The notes below the pieces were generated by a model. The model made no database searches and was not told the origin of the DNA. It saw only the letters and a list, made by a program, of their open reading frames with translations. From sequence record NC_070952.1: a DNA stretch of 64,000 nucleotides; one strand, written 5' to 3'. Positions 37,758 through 48,182 of this stretch are shown piece after piece. Every line of letters begins with the position of its first letter. Position 1 is the first letter of the stretch. A program made the translations under genes and the position numbers.

Positions 37758-39389
37758 ATGAGCAGAAAACCTACTAACTTTACTTTATTAGATCCCAATA
37801 AAGTGCCCTGGGCTTTAATGAAGCCAGTTACGGTAGCGGATGCCTTTGAAGGGCAAACGAACAACCTTAATGATCAAGGACTTTACTCCACAGAAATATT
37901 TGGTCGAGTGGGAACAGCGGAACGCGACACAACGATTTCTTATATTGATGTTACGCTCCCTATCTTTAACCCAACCTATTTCAAAGCACTGATTCAATTG
38001 AAGAGTCTGTACGGTGAAATCATTAAAGGTCGCGCATACGCTACCTGGGATCCAGTTGAGAAGGATTTCATAAAATCCAATCTCATCGAGGGCGAGACAG
38101 GTTATGCTTTCTTTATGTCTCATTTCCATGAACTCGATCCAAAGCAGAACGAATCATTTAAACGTAAGCAGAAGATCGACCTTGTTGATAAATTTAAATC
38201 ACAAGCGCTATCTAGCAACGTCATTGTTATTCCGGCCGGTATCCGTGATATTGAATTCACCCCGAACGGAACAGGAAGTGTGGTCACGGAGAACGAGGTC
38301 AATGACCTTTACCGTAAACTGATCTTCCGCAGTAAGTCTTTGAACATCAAAAACATCGACACCACCGACCCGGTGTATGATGGGATCCGTTGGGGACTCC
38401 AGGAAAGCTTTAACAACATCGCTGACTTCTTCTTTAATATGCAAGAAGGTAAGCGTGGCTTTATGCAACGCCGTATGTCACGCCGTGCCATCTTTGGTGC
38501 AACGCGTAACGTTATTACCTCGCGTAAAGTGTCGGTTGAAGATTGTGATAATAATGTCACCGGGGATCCTAACTCAACCATTATCGGACTGTTCCAGGCT
38601 TTGCTCGGGTTTAACCTGGTGGCGATCCATCAGTTAACCAACGGGTTCTTGAACGAAGTCTTTACATCGGGAATGGGAACCGCTCGCCTGGTTGATCCTA
38701 AAACGTTGAATGCAGTTTATGTGGAAGTGGGTCCTTCGGTTGTTGACAAGTTCACATCCAGTGACGGACTGACCTCGATGTTCAACGGCTATGGCTCACC
38801 AAACCTGCGTAACCGCGATATTAAAATCTCTGGACATTACTTAGGGTTAGTTTACGATGACGGCAAAGACGTAATGCTCTTGCACGATATCGATGACTTA
38901 CCTGAAGGTCTGGACAGGAAACTGGTTCGTCCGGTAACGTACACGCAATTCTTCTATATGCAATGTGTTCCTGAAATTGAGAAGAAGATGTTGCAAGTTA
39001 CCCGATACCCAATTACTGGGATAGGTTCTATATATCCAAGTCGTGTTTTTGTCATGCCAACGAACTCCACATCAAGTTCCCGTAACTTGTTGGATCTGGA
39101 CGGGCAGACAGTCATTACCAAATTTAACTACTTCCCTACTTATACGAAGAACCCCAGTTATTTCGATGGGATGTCAATTGCCAACATCCGTATTGGACTG
39201 GCAGGTGCTGACTTCGATGGTGACGCCTTATCAGCAAACTCCATCATGGCAGAAGACTCCATTCGTGAAGTTGAGGAGTTGTTTGGTAAACGTGACTTCT
39301 ATATTTCAGGTTCCGGGGATTTCTTATACGACCCGGTACAAGAACCGCATGAATTCCTTTTACGTTCATTAACTAACGGGCTAGCCTAA
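37758..39389 (+). CDS. virion RNA polymerase beta-prime fragment with catalytic loop (phiKZ gp180-like)
   Basis: GLYSTEIFG, RRAIFGATRNVI, GADFDGD. Confidence 0.92.
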   Translation: MSRKPTNFTLLDPNKVPWALMKPVTVADAFEGQTNNLNDQGLYSTEIFGRVGTAERDTTISYIDVTLPIFNPTYFKALIQLKSLYGEIIKGRAYATWDPVEKDFIKSNLIEGETGYAFFMSHFHELDPKQNESFKRKQKIDLVDKFKSQALSSNVIVIPAGIRDIEFTPNGTGSVVTENEVNDLYRKLIFRSKSLNIKNIDTTDPVYDGIRWGLQESFNNIADFFFNMQEGKRGFMQRRMSRRAIFGATRNVITSRKVSVEDCDNNVTGDPNSTIIGLFQALLGFNLVAIHQLTNGFLNEVFTSGMGTARLVDPKTLNAVYVEVGPSVVDKFTSSDGLTSMFNGYGSPNLRNRDIKISGHYLGLVYDDGKDVMLLHDIDDLPEGLDRKLVRPVTYTQFFYMQCVPEIEKKMLQVTRYPITGIGSIYPSRVFVMPTNSTSSSRNLLDLDGQTVITKFNYFPTYTKNPSYFDGMSIANIRIGLAGADFDGDALSANSIMAEDSIREVEELFGKRDFYISGSGDFLYDPVQEPHEFLLRSLTNGLA

Positions 39390-42300
39390 TGTCGAAATTC
39401 ATTCCCTTAAACTTGTTTGCGGTTGATGGGAATGAGGCGTTACAGTACAGCATGTTTGTTCGTCTCTTCGGTACACGCGAAAAGATTAACGATATCACCA
39501 ATCCCCGGTATACACCTATCGGGGACATCATGCTCCCACGTAATTCCCTCATTCATTACCAGCAACACCATCCAGGTGAAGTAGGGCCAAGTAACACCGC
39601 GCCTTTTATTAGTAACTATGATAAACGCATTAACATCTTCTTCAACCCGAACTATGAAGTTGTATTAGGTTCTATTCGCAATGTTCAGGTTCAGTTGAGT
39701 TCGATCATTAAAGCGTATGAAAGTTCGCACTTCATTTATCAGCGTACCCGTAACTACCCAAGCGTTATTGGGAAAGAAGGGGAGCTGTTGGTGAATGACT
39801 TGGCGATTGGGCAGATTACTATTGACTACCGTCGTCGTACAGTCTTCACTCCGTTCCAACAGTCGTACAACACACGCTATACCTTAATGGACTCCGTCAA
39901 TGAGTTCAGCAAGTTTGACAAGCACCAGTTTGTTGAAGTAGCGTTACCCCGTACCTTCCCGACATATAAAGAACTGCAGTTTGCTTTTGATCTGTATAAG
40001 AATTTCTTTAATGCGGATGGACAGATTGTCAAGTACGACAAACGTGCTTTACGGCACTTCCAGGCCGAACAATCTTTCTGGTTGCTTGACCTGTTCGGGA
40101 TCTTAATGGGTTTCGGAGATAAACAATACTCCTTGTTTAACCGTTTGAACGATGACTCTAAACGTCAGTTAGAAATCATCTTCACTTATAACGGCACTTG
40201 TTGGATTGTCAATCTTCAGAACTTGATCAACTTAATGGCTTATTCAGATAAACCGACTGATGATAAACCAAGTTCACTTAAGATTAATTATTTTAAACGT
40301 TTTTATCTTAACCTTATTAGCCTTGTTTCTCCTGTTAATGAGACAGCTATCACTCCTGAGGAAGAAACGGAAGCTTCTGCGGAGGGGGATGAAAATAATA
40401 GCGGATCGCCACTATCCGGAACCAAAACAAATGAACAAACGACCGAAAGGATTCCTAGCGTCAATCCCACTATGGATGATAATCGTGGGCCTAGTTCTCT
40501 CGCTGATCTTTACGCCAGCCCTAAGAGAACTGCTGATGTACCAGTTCACCCCACCGGAGATACGCGAGAAACGCCTGATCCTAAGGCATATCTCACAACT
40601 CCAGATGGACTCGAGGAGGAAGAAGGAGATCTTTCTGGGGAAAACTCCTGGGGACAGGATATTTCAGACGACTTATTTGAACGCGTAACGGTTGAGTCAT
40701 CAACTATCACGCCAGCGTCTGCTGCAACACCAACCTCGGCTATTGAACGTGAATTACGGGAGCTGTCGAAGACTGGGCAGATTACCACACGTGAAGCTGA
40801 GTACTTCATCAATGCGGCCAACAGTTATCGTGATATTGATATCAACGGTCACTCGCTTGAAGAGATCGTAGACATCAAACCTGAGAACATGGTCTTGAAG
40901 AATAAGGATCTGTCACCGGACAGTATTGTTATTCGGGATAAGTCTGTGTTGCGTTCTCGTACGGAAGAACTGCGTACGGAGTACATTACCTCAGGGCTGT
41001 TGGACCGTAACATCATGGAAATGGTGCTGCACGTTCAAAACGGTAAAGTTGCGTTGACTGGCTTGGATCGCGAAACGATTATTACGGCTGACTCTAAGTA
41101 TGATGTTTATACCATGAAGTTCCAGCCGATTAAAGGTAGTCCATCTACCCGTCGTATGCGTATCCCTAAAGTCGAACCCGATGGTACCTTCACCATTAAC
41201 GGCGTGAAGTCCTATGCCCAGTTAATGCGTATGGAATTACCGATTCGCAAGATCACCCCAACCAAAGTGTCATTGACTTCGTACTACGACAAGAAAGTCA
41301 TGGTCGAGCGATCTACCATGAAGGTGGATGATTATGCGTCTTGGTTGCGTAAATCAATCATCGAGAAGTCTTACACCGATAAATCTATTCGGGTAAGTCT
41401 GGGTGGTAACAAACCACCTAAGAGCGATGTCTGTTATTATTACAGCATCCTGGCTTCTCGTTTTAAAGAAATCAGTACGCCGGACTATACCTTTGACTTT
41501 GACACCATTAAGTTGGTTAACGGTAAAAAGGAATTGGCTAAACTGTGTAACGGTGAAAGTTGGTTGATTGGGTTCCAAGGTGATTCACCTATCCTGATTG
41601 ATTCAAACGGACTGGTGTCGATTGACGGAAGTGAGCGGGGATACATTGAGGAGATCTTAGGCCTGAATGTTGCTAAAGCACCTGTTCCTACTGCGACCGT
41701 TAACATCAACGGGTTTAAGTTCCCGGTGATCGTTGTGTTGTCATATTGGATTGGCTTGTCAGAAGTCATGAAAATGTTGAAGGTACAATACCGCACGCTT
41801 GATCCCGATACCCGTGCACAGTTAAGTGCCGATGAGTACCTGGTTTCTTTTGCTGATGAACGTCTGGTATTAAACCGCCGTGATGAACTGTCTACTTTGG
41901 TCATGTCAGGACTTCGTAAGCTAACTGGCTTGTCGAATTTCTCTCGTTCTGATTTGGACAATCCAAACGTCTGGTTCAGTCTGATGCAAGACCCGCGGGT
42001 GAAACCATCTCACTTTAAAGAGATGAGTATGATCTTTGACATGTTCATTGATCCAATCACCATGCGTTTGCTGAAGAAGTTTAAGTACCCTGTTGTCATG
42101 GACAAGTTATTGGTGGAAGCTGTCAAGCTGATGCTTAATAATGAAGCGGAACATGAAATCGAACTTACCGAACAGCGCTTTGTTGGTTATGAACGTTTCT
42201 CCGGTCACGTCTATCGTGAACTGGTTAAAGCAACGCGTCAGTACCGCAACAAACCGAACAACGGTAAAAAGACCTTTGACTTGAACCCTGAAGCTGTGAT

Positions 42301-43753
42301 GATGAACATTATTACAGACTCCTCGTGTCAGGCTACCGAAGAAGTTAACCCTGTGCATCAAGCGAAGACCCAAGAGGAATACACTTTTGGTGGCACGCTG
42401 GGACGCTCTGACCGTGCGATGGTTCGCCGTACACGTGGCCAGCTTCCTAACTACGCAGGGGTGGTTTCTGAGGCAGGTAAAGACTCCGGTAAAGTTGGCT
42501 TCATTGGTTATCTGACCTCTGATGCAAAAATTACTGATCTTTATGGTAACATCAACGTCAAAGAAAAAGGCACCAACGCAGGGCGCGGTTCTGTGGTCAT
42601 GAACTTGCTGTACGGAACAACGAAGGACGATACCAAGCGTACCCTGTTCTCCGGTGTTCAGCAGTCTCAGGTAATGGCTGCAGACAACTATGCAATGAAC
42701 CCATTGCGTACGTCTTACGACTCCATGCTTGCTTACCGTACCTCTGAACTCTATTCCTCTGTTTCCAAGAAAGCCGGTAAAGTAACTGAAATCAGTGGCT
42801 ACGGCATGACTGTGGAATATGAAGACGGATCTACCGACAAGTTCCCATTGGGCTACGAAATCGGGAAAGGAGCAGGTGAGTATCATAAACACATGAAGGT
42901 CACTGACCGGGCGGTGGGTTATGAGTTTAAAGCCGGTGAAGTCTTAGCATTCGATAAAATGTTCTTTGCTCGTGATCCTATTGACAACACCCGTGTTGTT
43001 TGGATGAGTGGTGGGAATGCTCGTATTGCGTTATTTGAGGACCAGTTCACCTTTGAAGACTCCATCGGAATCGTAAAAGGATTTGCTGATGCATCAACTT
43101 CTCCTTTCGTTAAACCAAATGAGTTTACCGTAGACGGAAGTCAATCAATCAAACTGCACGTGAAAGTCGGTGACGAGGTTGAGTATGACCAGATCCTGTG
43201 CGACATTCAGAACCCTGAATCCGCAGCATTTGATTTTGATGATGTAGAAGAGTTTGCGGGCTTGGACCGTTTAGGTATCAAACAGATAAAGGCAAAACAG
43301 TCTGGCAAGATTACCAAGATCGATGTGGTCTACAACGGTGATCCAGAAGGTTGGGATGAAAGTCTCCGTTCCTTTATTAAGAAGCAAGATGCTGTGCGTG
43401 GGAAAATTGCTTCCTATAAACAGATGACGGCTTCTACCGGTGACGTGGGTGGTAACACCTCTGTTGGTAAAAGTAAACTGTATCCTGACACTGCTGTTGT
43501 CCTTATCTATATTGACAACAAGATCAAAACCACTACTGCGGATAAGTTTGTAGTAGGGAACCAGATGAAAGGTACCGTTGGCTTTATCTACGAAAATCCA
43601 ATTTACACTGTGGATGGTCGTCCGGTTGATATTATCTTCTCCTTGAAGTCATTGCTGAACCGAATGGTTCTGAGTCTGCGTGACAAGTTGGTTGCTAATG
43701 AAATCAACAACGTCTACACCACTCGAATGATTTCCAAATACGGCAGGTACTAA
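39389..43753 (+). CDS. virion RNA polymerase beta, N-terminal/middle fragment (phiKZ gp178-like)
   Basis: 1454 aa; SEAGKDSGKVG, FEDSIG, DKFVVGNQMKGTV, VDIIFS. Confidence 0.9.
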   Translation: MSKFIPLNLFAVDGNEALQYSMFVRLFGTREKINDITNPRYTPIGDIMLPRNSLIHYQQHHPGEVGPSNTAPFISNYDKRINIFFNPNYEVVLGSIRNVQVQLSSIIKAYESSHFIYQRTRNYPSVIGKEGELLVNDLAIGQITIDYRRRTVFTPFQQSYNTRYTLMDSVNEFSKFDKHQFVEVALPRTFPTYKELQFAFDLYKNFFNADGQIVKYDKRALRHFQAEQSFWLLDLFGILMGFGDKQYSLFNRLNDDSKRQLEIIFTYNGTCWIVNLQNLINLMAYSDKPTDDKPSSLKINYFKRFYLNLISLVSPVNETAITPEEETEASAEGDENNSGSPLSGTKTNEQTTERIPSVNPTMDDNRGPSSLADLYASPKRTADVPVHPTGDTRETPDPKAYLTTPDGLEEEEGDLSGENSWGQDISDDLFERVTVESSTITPASAATPTSAIERELRELSKTGQITTREAEYFINAANSYRDIDINGHSLEEIVDIKPENMVLKNKDLSPDSIVIRDKSVLRSRTEELRTEYITSGLLDRNIMEMVLHVQNGKVALTGLDRETIITADSKYDVYTMKFQPIKGSPSTRRMRIPKVEPDGTFTINGVKSYAQLMRMELPIRKITPTKVSLTSYYDKKVMVERSTMKVDDYASWLRKSIIEKSYTDKSIRVSLGGNKPPKSDVCYYYSILASRFKEISTPDYTFDFDTIKLVNGKKELAKLCNGESWLIGFQGDSPILIDSNGLVSIDGSERGYIEEILGLNVAKAPVPTATVNINGFKFPVIVVLSYWIGLSEVMKMLKVQYRTLDPDTRAQLSADEYLVSFADERLVLNRRDELSTLVMSGLRKLTGLSNFSRSDLDNPNVWFSLMQDPRVKPSHFKEMSMIFDMFIDPITMRLLKKFKYPVVMDKLLVEAVKLMLNNEAEHEIELTEQRFVGYERFSGHVYRELVKATRQYRNKPNNGKKTFDLNPEAVMMNIITDSSCQATEEVNPVHQAKTQEEYTFGGTLGRSDRAMVRRTRGQLPNYAGVVSEAGKDSGKVGFIGYLTSDAKITDLYGNINVKEKGTNAGRGSVVMNLLYGTTKDDTKRTLFSGVQQSQVMAADNYAMNPLRTSYDSMLAYRTSELYSSVSKKAGKVTEISGYGMTVEYEDGSTDKFPLGYEIGKGAGEYHKHMKVTDRAVGYEFKAGEVLAFDKMFFARDPIDNTRVVWMSGGNARIALFEDQFTFEDSIGIVKGFADASTSPFVKPNEFTVDGSQSIKLHVKVGDEVEYDQILCDIQNPESAAFDFDDVEEFAGLDRLGIKQIKAKQSGKITKIDVVYNGDPEGWDESLRSFIKKQDAVRGKIASYKQMTASTGDVGGNTSVGKSKLYPDTAVVLIYIDNKIKTTTADKFVVGNQMKGTVGFIYENPIYTVDGRPVDIIFSLKSLLNRMVLSLRDKLVANEINNVYTTRMISKYGRY

Positions 43754-44740
43754 ATGACCAACAGCGTTAAGGATGAATCGGTTCTCAAATCGTTACAGAC
43801 TTCGCTGGCAAAACTATCTCTCTACGGAGGCCGTGTTGACGGCCTCTTTGGAGACCTTTGTCGCAAAGCTGTGATTACCATGTTAAACAAAGCGTTCCCC
43901 TCGGTTAAGACCAGTACGCTTCCCGGAAACACGTATGACGCTAACTCGGTGTACACCTTTCTTCAAACTGGCCTTGCTCGTGCTGGTTTGTATACCATTA
44001 CTATTGATGGTAAGTGGGGCCCTACTTCTCAAGGTGCTTTTGACAAGTTATCCCTCGCCTACACTCAAGCGATTAAAAAGTCCAATGGAGAGACCATGCT
44101 TCCGCTACAACCAGCCACGGTAGTTCCCACTCATGTTAATGAAGCGCAACTCAAACTCATGCTGTCACAAGACGCTTGGGGTAAGATCGCTTCTCTCCTT
44201 GATCCGATGAATAAATGTATGGACATGTTCGACATTACATCTGGATTACGCAAAGCCCATTTCATGGCACAAATCCTTCACGAAACTGCTTCTTTTAAGT
44301 ACAGTGAAGAGATTGCCAGCGGTGCGGCTTATGAAGGTCGGGCTGATTTAGGGAACACCCAGCCGGGTGACGGTAAGCTTTTTAAAGGGCGCGGTTGGTT
44401 ACAACTTACTGGCCGTCTGAATTATTTGAAATGCGAAACGTTTCTTCGTCAGCATTTGAATGATCCTTCTATCGATCTTACTTCGTCTGCTACGGCTGCT
44501 GCACAAGTAGCCAACAATCCACTTTACTCCGCTTTGGCATCTGGATACTTCTGGGGTTACATTAAACCGAAGCTGAATCCCACTGCAGATAAAGACGATA
44601 TTTTCTGGGTTTCTGTTTATGTAAACGGTTGGGCTAAACAAGCTAAACCTTATTACCCGAATAAAGATCTGGAGCCAAACGGAATGGCAGACAGGGTTGC
44701 GAAGCTGGCGATTGCTAAACAAGCATTTGGTCTTATTTAA
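43754..44740 (+). CDS. modular endolysin: two PG-binding repeats plus GH19 catalytic domain (OBP gp279-like)
   Basis: VDGLFG, IDGKWGPTS, AHFMAQILHET, YEGRADLGN, FKGRGWLQLTGRLNY. Confidence 0.92.
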   Translation: MTNSVKDESVLKSLQTSLAKLSLYGGRVDGLFGDLCRKAVITMLNKAFPSVKTSTLPGNTYDANSVYTFLQTGLARAGLYTITIDGKWGPTSQGAFDKLSLAYTQAIKKSNGETMLPLQPATVVPTHVNEAQLKLMLSQDAWGKIASLLDPMNKCMDMFDITSGLRKAHFMAQILHETASFKYSEEIASGAAYEGRADLGNTQPGDGKLFKGRGWLQLTGRLNYLKCETFLRQHLNDPSIDLTSSATAAAQVANNPLYSALASGYFWGYIKPKLNPTADKDDIFWVSVYVNGWAKQAKPYYPNKDLEPNGMADRVAKLAIAKQAFGLI

Positions 44741-44757
44741 CTTATAAAGGAACAACC

Positions 44758-44934
44758 ATGTCTAAGCTCGCTGTAGACAACATCATCGTTGTGTCGAACA
44801 TCTTTGAGTTCGTCAGCAAAACCAAAGAAAAGATTGGTTATGAATACCAGGCTCCGCTTGATGCGGATACTCAAAATGAAATAACCTCTCGTGCCATTAA
44901 AGAAGTCATTACAGGAGCTGTTCAGAATGATTAA
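44758..44934 (+). CDS. small 58-aa protein absent from the ORF track
   Basis: AAAGGA RBS; MSKLAVDNIIVVSNIF...GAVQND*; fills the gap and overlaps the next ATG. Confidence 0.7.
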   Translation: MSKLAVDNIIVVSNIFEFVSKTKEKIGYEYQAPLDADTQNEITSRAIKEVITGAVQND

Positions 44935-46444
44935 GCAACAAACTGTATTGATGGCGACACCTATCGCTGCTTTGGCAACCGAGAAAGGTATTGATCTGCA
45001 TGAAGCAGCAAGCGATATCATTAAGGGTCTTGATGAGACCACTTCGAACATCGTGAGCTTCACCCCAGATAACATCGCTGTCGAATTGCCTGATTACACC
45101 GGACTGGTTCCAGAGCACACTGAAGTAATGGATGCAGCGACCACTATGGTTGCCGATGCTATTCGTGGTGCCCTGTACGTTATCTCCCAGAACGTTAAAC
45201 CTATCCTGTCTGAAGTGGAACAACGCCTGCGTGATTCCATCTCTGCTGACTCTGCTGTGGAAACTATTCTGAGCAACGTTCAGCTGGAAATGGTTAATGT
45301 GGAACCTGCGTTCCTGAATTCCTATTTCTACCCAACAGAACCAGCGCCAGCGTTCCGTGACATCCAGACTGTCCGTATGAGTGATCTGCTGCAAGGCAGT
45401 TACCCACGCATGTCTGGTGCCGAACTGGTTGATCTGATTGCTGTGGACGTTCCTGACCTGCAACCGTTCTTTATGGACCCAGCAGAAGTTGAACGCGTGT
45501 ACAGCTCGCTGTTCGTTGAGAAATACTTCTACAGTGTGTTCAGTCCTAATGCAGTAAGTAACGGCGTTGCCAATATCACATCCCCACTGAACTATCGTTT
45601 TGATTCGTTCCGTTCTCTGGTGATTGGTACCTTGATCCTGAATAAGCTGACTTCGATGGATGATCCCATCGACGGTGTCACCGGCATCAGCCTGGAAGAT
45701 TACCGTGTGTCTCTGCGTGTAACCCGTGACTTGTTTGGTACCATGCTCTGGCACTTCAAACAGATCTGGGAGCAGCGTGCTGCTGCAGGTATTGTAGTGA
45801 TCGACAACGGTTTACAATACAAGCCATTGAGCGATTCTTCTACAGGTGACTTGCCAGTTATCAAAGGTCCTCTGGTGATTGGTTATAACAATGCTATCCT
45901 GACCATGTTCGCTGACTCGGATCAATTGAGTTTGTCTGAATATGTGCTGGGCTTTGTTTATGCTAAGTTCCGTGAATACCGTGTGAAAGACATCATCACC
46001 GATAAAGATATCGTGGTTGAAGCGTGGCGCGAATACCAGAACGACGTTTCTACTGCACTGATGGCTAATAAAGGCGCCAATGCACGTCGCGTCTTCAGGC
46101 AGGTAATGGAATCTCTGGCCGGTAAGGAAGAGTACAAGCCACTGCTGGAAATCATGGAAGACAATCTGCCAATGACTCAGCGAGCACTGTCTCGTGTGAC
46201 TCAAGCGATTGACTTGAACGTGTTCTTCAACAACACGGCTTTACTGGATGCGGTGTTACGTGGTAACAACTCACTGATGAACACCCAGCTGGCTGTGGTC
46301 CTGGCAGATGTGTTCGACAGTCCACTGGCACGTGAGATTTTGGTGATCAATGCCAAGAACCCAGCCGGTACTCTGGAACAACAGCGTAAAGCATTATCTC
46401 ACGCGATTGACCAGGTTATCATCAAGCGTCTGCTTAAAGTCTAA
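44927..46444 (+). CDS. head-associated structural protein (phiKZ gp177-like)
   Basis: Synteny between vRNAP and protease; GGAG RBS before ATG 44927. Confidence 0.6.
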   Translation: MIKQQTVLMATPIAALATEKGIDLHEAASDIIKGLDETTSNIVSFTPDNIAVELPDYTGLVPEHTEVMDAATTMVADAIRGALYVISQNVKPILSEVEQRLRDSISADSAVETILSNVQLEMVNVEPAFLNSYFYPTEPAPAFRDIQTVRMSDLLQGSYPRMSGAELVDLIAVDVPDLQPFFMDPAEVERVYSSLFVEKYFYSVFSPNAVSNGVANITSPLNYRFDSFRSLVIGTLILNKLTSMDDPIDGVTGISLEDYRVSLRVTRDLFGTMLWHFKQIWEQRAAAGIVVIDNGLQYKPLSDSSTGDLPVIKGPLVIGYNNAILTMFADSDQLSLSEYVLGFVYAKFREYRVKDIITDKDIVVEAWREYQNDVSTALMANKGANARRVFRQVMESLAGKEEYKPLLEIMEDNLPMTQRALSRVTQAIDLNVFFNNTALLDAVLRGNNSLMNTQLAVVLADVFDSPLAREILVINAKNPAGTLEQQRKALSHAIDQVIIKRLLKV

Positions 46445-47190
46445 TGGATTTTGAGAACCTAAAAAAAGACAGAGAGCGGGTAAACACCGCTCTCAAAGTC
46501 TTGCCTGATGGAAGCGTGGTTGCTGTCAAGAAAGTCACGGTCTGTTTCCCTAAGCGGTTTGAACAAAGTAACCTGGCAGAGATCTCTGACACCGTAACAG
46601 CTATTTTGATGTTGGGTGTGATCTTTGATGGGTCCTATGCGTTCTTTGGGGGAATGGTCAAGGTTGTCTTGAAGCCTGGGGATATTTACGAAGAGACGAT
46701 CAAGAACGATCGTTACTACATGCTTGACTTCGAACCCGGTGATGTTGTAATTGAAGCATTGACTGTTCCTATGGACAGCAATATCGGTTACTACTATTAC
46801 TTGGAGTTCACCAAGTATGCGCGTATTCCTTGGTACCTGGATGCTGATGACCTTCTTGGCATTTATGATGAAGCCAAGTTCTACACAGGTAAATCAATGG
46901 GAACGTGTAACCAAGCAGTCCGCGTGTTGTATGCGTTGACTCAGCGTGATCCGAATAACTTGGACATTCCGTTCCGTTACTCGCCTTCCCTAAAGGACTT
47001 ATCTATTAAACCGCGTATCATCGGTATTAACAACCCAGGACAATTGTTGAACTCAACCTTTAGCCGTTTAGCATCGGGTTATATGGCAGACAACATTATC
47101 TCGGGTATCTTGAACCCTGATACGAAAGTGACAAATCTGGAAGAAGTTATTCGCGGCTTACCTGCCGCCGCAGGAGATAATAATGGCTGA
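46444..47190 (+). CDS. phiKZ gp176-like protein (candidate vRNAP-associated)
   Basis: Synteny: immediately upstream of the head protease; TAATG coupling. Confidence 0.55.
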   Translation: MDFENLKKDRERVNTALKVLPDGSVVAVKKVTVCFPKRFEQSNLAEISDTVTAILMLGVIFDGSYAFFGGMVKVVLKPGDIYEETIKNDRYYMLDFEPGDVVIEALTVPMDSNIGYYYYLEFTKYARIPWYLDADDLLGIYDEAKFYTGKSMGTCNQAVRVLYALTQRDPNNLDIPFRYSPSLKDLSIKPRIIGINNPGQLLNSTFSRLASGYMADNIISGILNPDTKVTNLEEVIRGLPAAAGDNNG

Positions 47191-48034
47191 TATCAGCTTA
47201 GGTAATATCATTCTTGCTGATACAGGTAAGAAAGGGATTCTCAAACCTGACCAGGATGGTCGTTATCTGTTGAACGCAGGTGGATTCAATATGCCTAACC
47301 ATGCGGGCATTACTTATCCGTCCAACGATTACATTCTTGATCAAATCAATGCCAACTCTGATTTGCAACGTCGTGTTAAAATGGGCTATTGCAAAATGGA
47401 ACGTGAACACCCAGAGCCGTTTTTCTATGTGATTGAGAATGGGGTTAAATACGCCAAACCAATGACTGACATTCTGCAATGGATCAACCGTTTACGTTCT
47501 TATGACCCAGCCAACATCTGTGGGTTGATCAGTGAAGTGTTGTTTAAATTTGAAAACGAACGTAACCCTATGGCTCCAATCTGGAACTATATTCGTTGTG
47601 AACCGTTTGGTCCGCTTGGTTCTGAATTTAAAGAATCGTTAGAAAACCCTCGTCACAATACCGCGGTCTCTATCCGTACTCAGATCTCTCCGTTCAAACC
47701 AGGTGAAACCCGTAAGAATGTAGAGTACTGGACTGGATACGACTGGGTCTCTGAACCAGGGATGATTCACGCTAACAAACACATGACGGCAGGCTGTGAA
47801 AGCTTCCTGAATGACTTTGGTCTGAAAGACAACATTCGTAAGTTTAAAGTAAGCGACATGTTGGCCCGTTTGGATGAAGCATTGCATACCGAAGTGGCTG
47901 ACCAAGATGCGTTGATTCGCGTTGGTGGGTTAGAAGCACTGGATCATTATCGTGACGTACTGAATGTAATGAAGACTCGTTACAAGTCAGGCGAAGAGAT
48001 TGGGGCGAAAGTCAATTTCACCGACATCTTTTAA
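47183..48034 (+). CDS. prohead maturation protease (phiKZ gp175-like)
   Basis: EREHP (His), AVSIRT (Ser), YDWVSEPG (Asp); synteny. Confidence 0.85.
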   Translation: MADISLGNIILADTGKKGILKPDQDGRYLLNAGGFNMPNHAGITYPSNDYILDQINANSDLQRRVKMGYCKMEREHPEPFFYVIENGVKYAKPMTDILQWINRLRSYDPANICGLISEVLFKFENERNPMAPIWNYIRCEPFGPLGSEFKESLENPRHNTAVSIRTQISPFKPGETRKNVEYWTGYDWVSEPGMIHANKHMTAGCESFLNDFGLKDNIRKFKVSDMLARLDEALHTEVADQDALIRVGGLEALDHYRDVLNVMKTRYKSGEEIGAKVNFTDIF

Positions 48035-48040
48035 TGGACT

Positions 48041-48068
48041 CTCTACTCTTCCCTAGGGAAGAGTAGAG
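48041..48068 (+). terminator. terminator hairpin (TACTC family)
   Basis: CTCTACTCTTCCC-TA-GGGAAGAGTAGAG then TTATGTTTG. Confidence 0.7.
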
Positions 48069-48182
48069 GTTTATGTTTGCCTGTTAAATTGTTTGATAAA
48101 TCGCAAATAACAACCCACTTATTTTTTATATAGTTTGCAATTATACGTCACAGCATTTCAACATTTTATTAAGGTCTAAACG

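Noticed and set aside
42107-42892. 261-aa antisense ORF inside vRNAP beta
   Set aside because: Antisense shadow of a conserved gene; no recognisable domain
37758-43753. Possible intron, intein or homing endonuclease in the RNAP genes
   Set aside because: Both ORFs are continuous and of expected size; no HNH, LAGLIDADG or intein motifs seen
44909-45754. 281-aa antisense ORF, plus 44737..45075
   Set aside because: Opposite the head-protein gene and the better-supported 58-aa ORF
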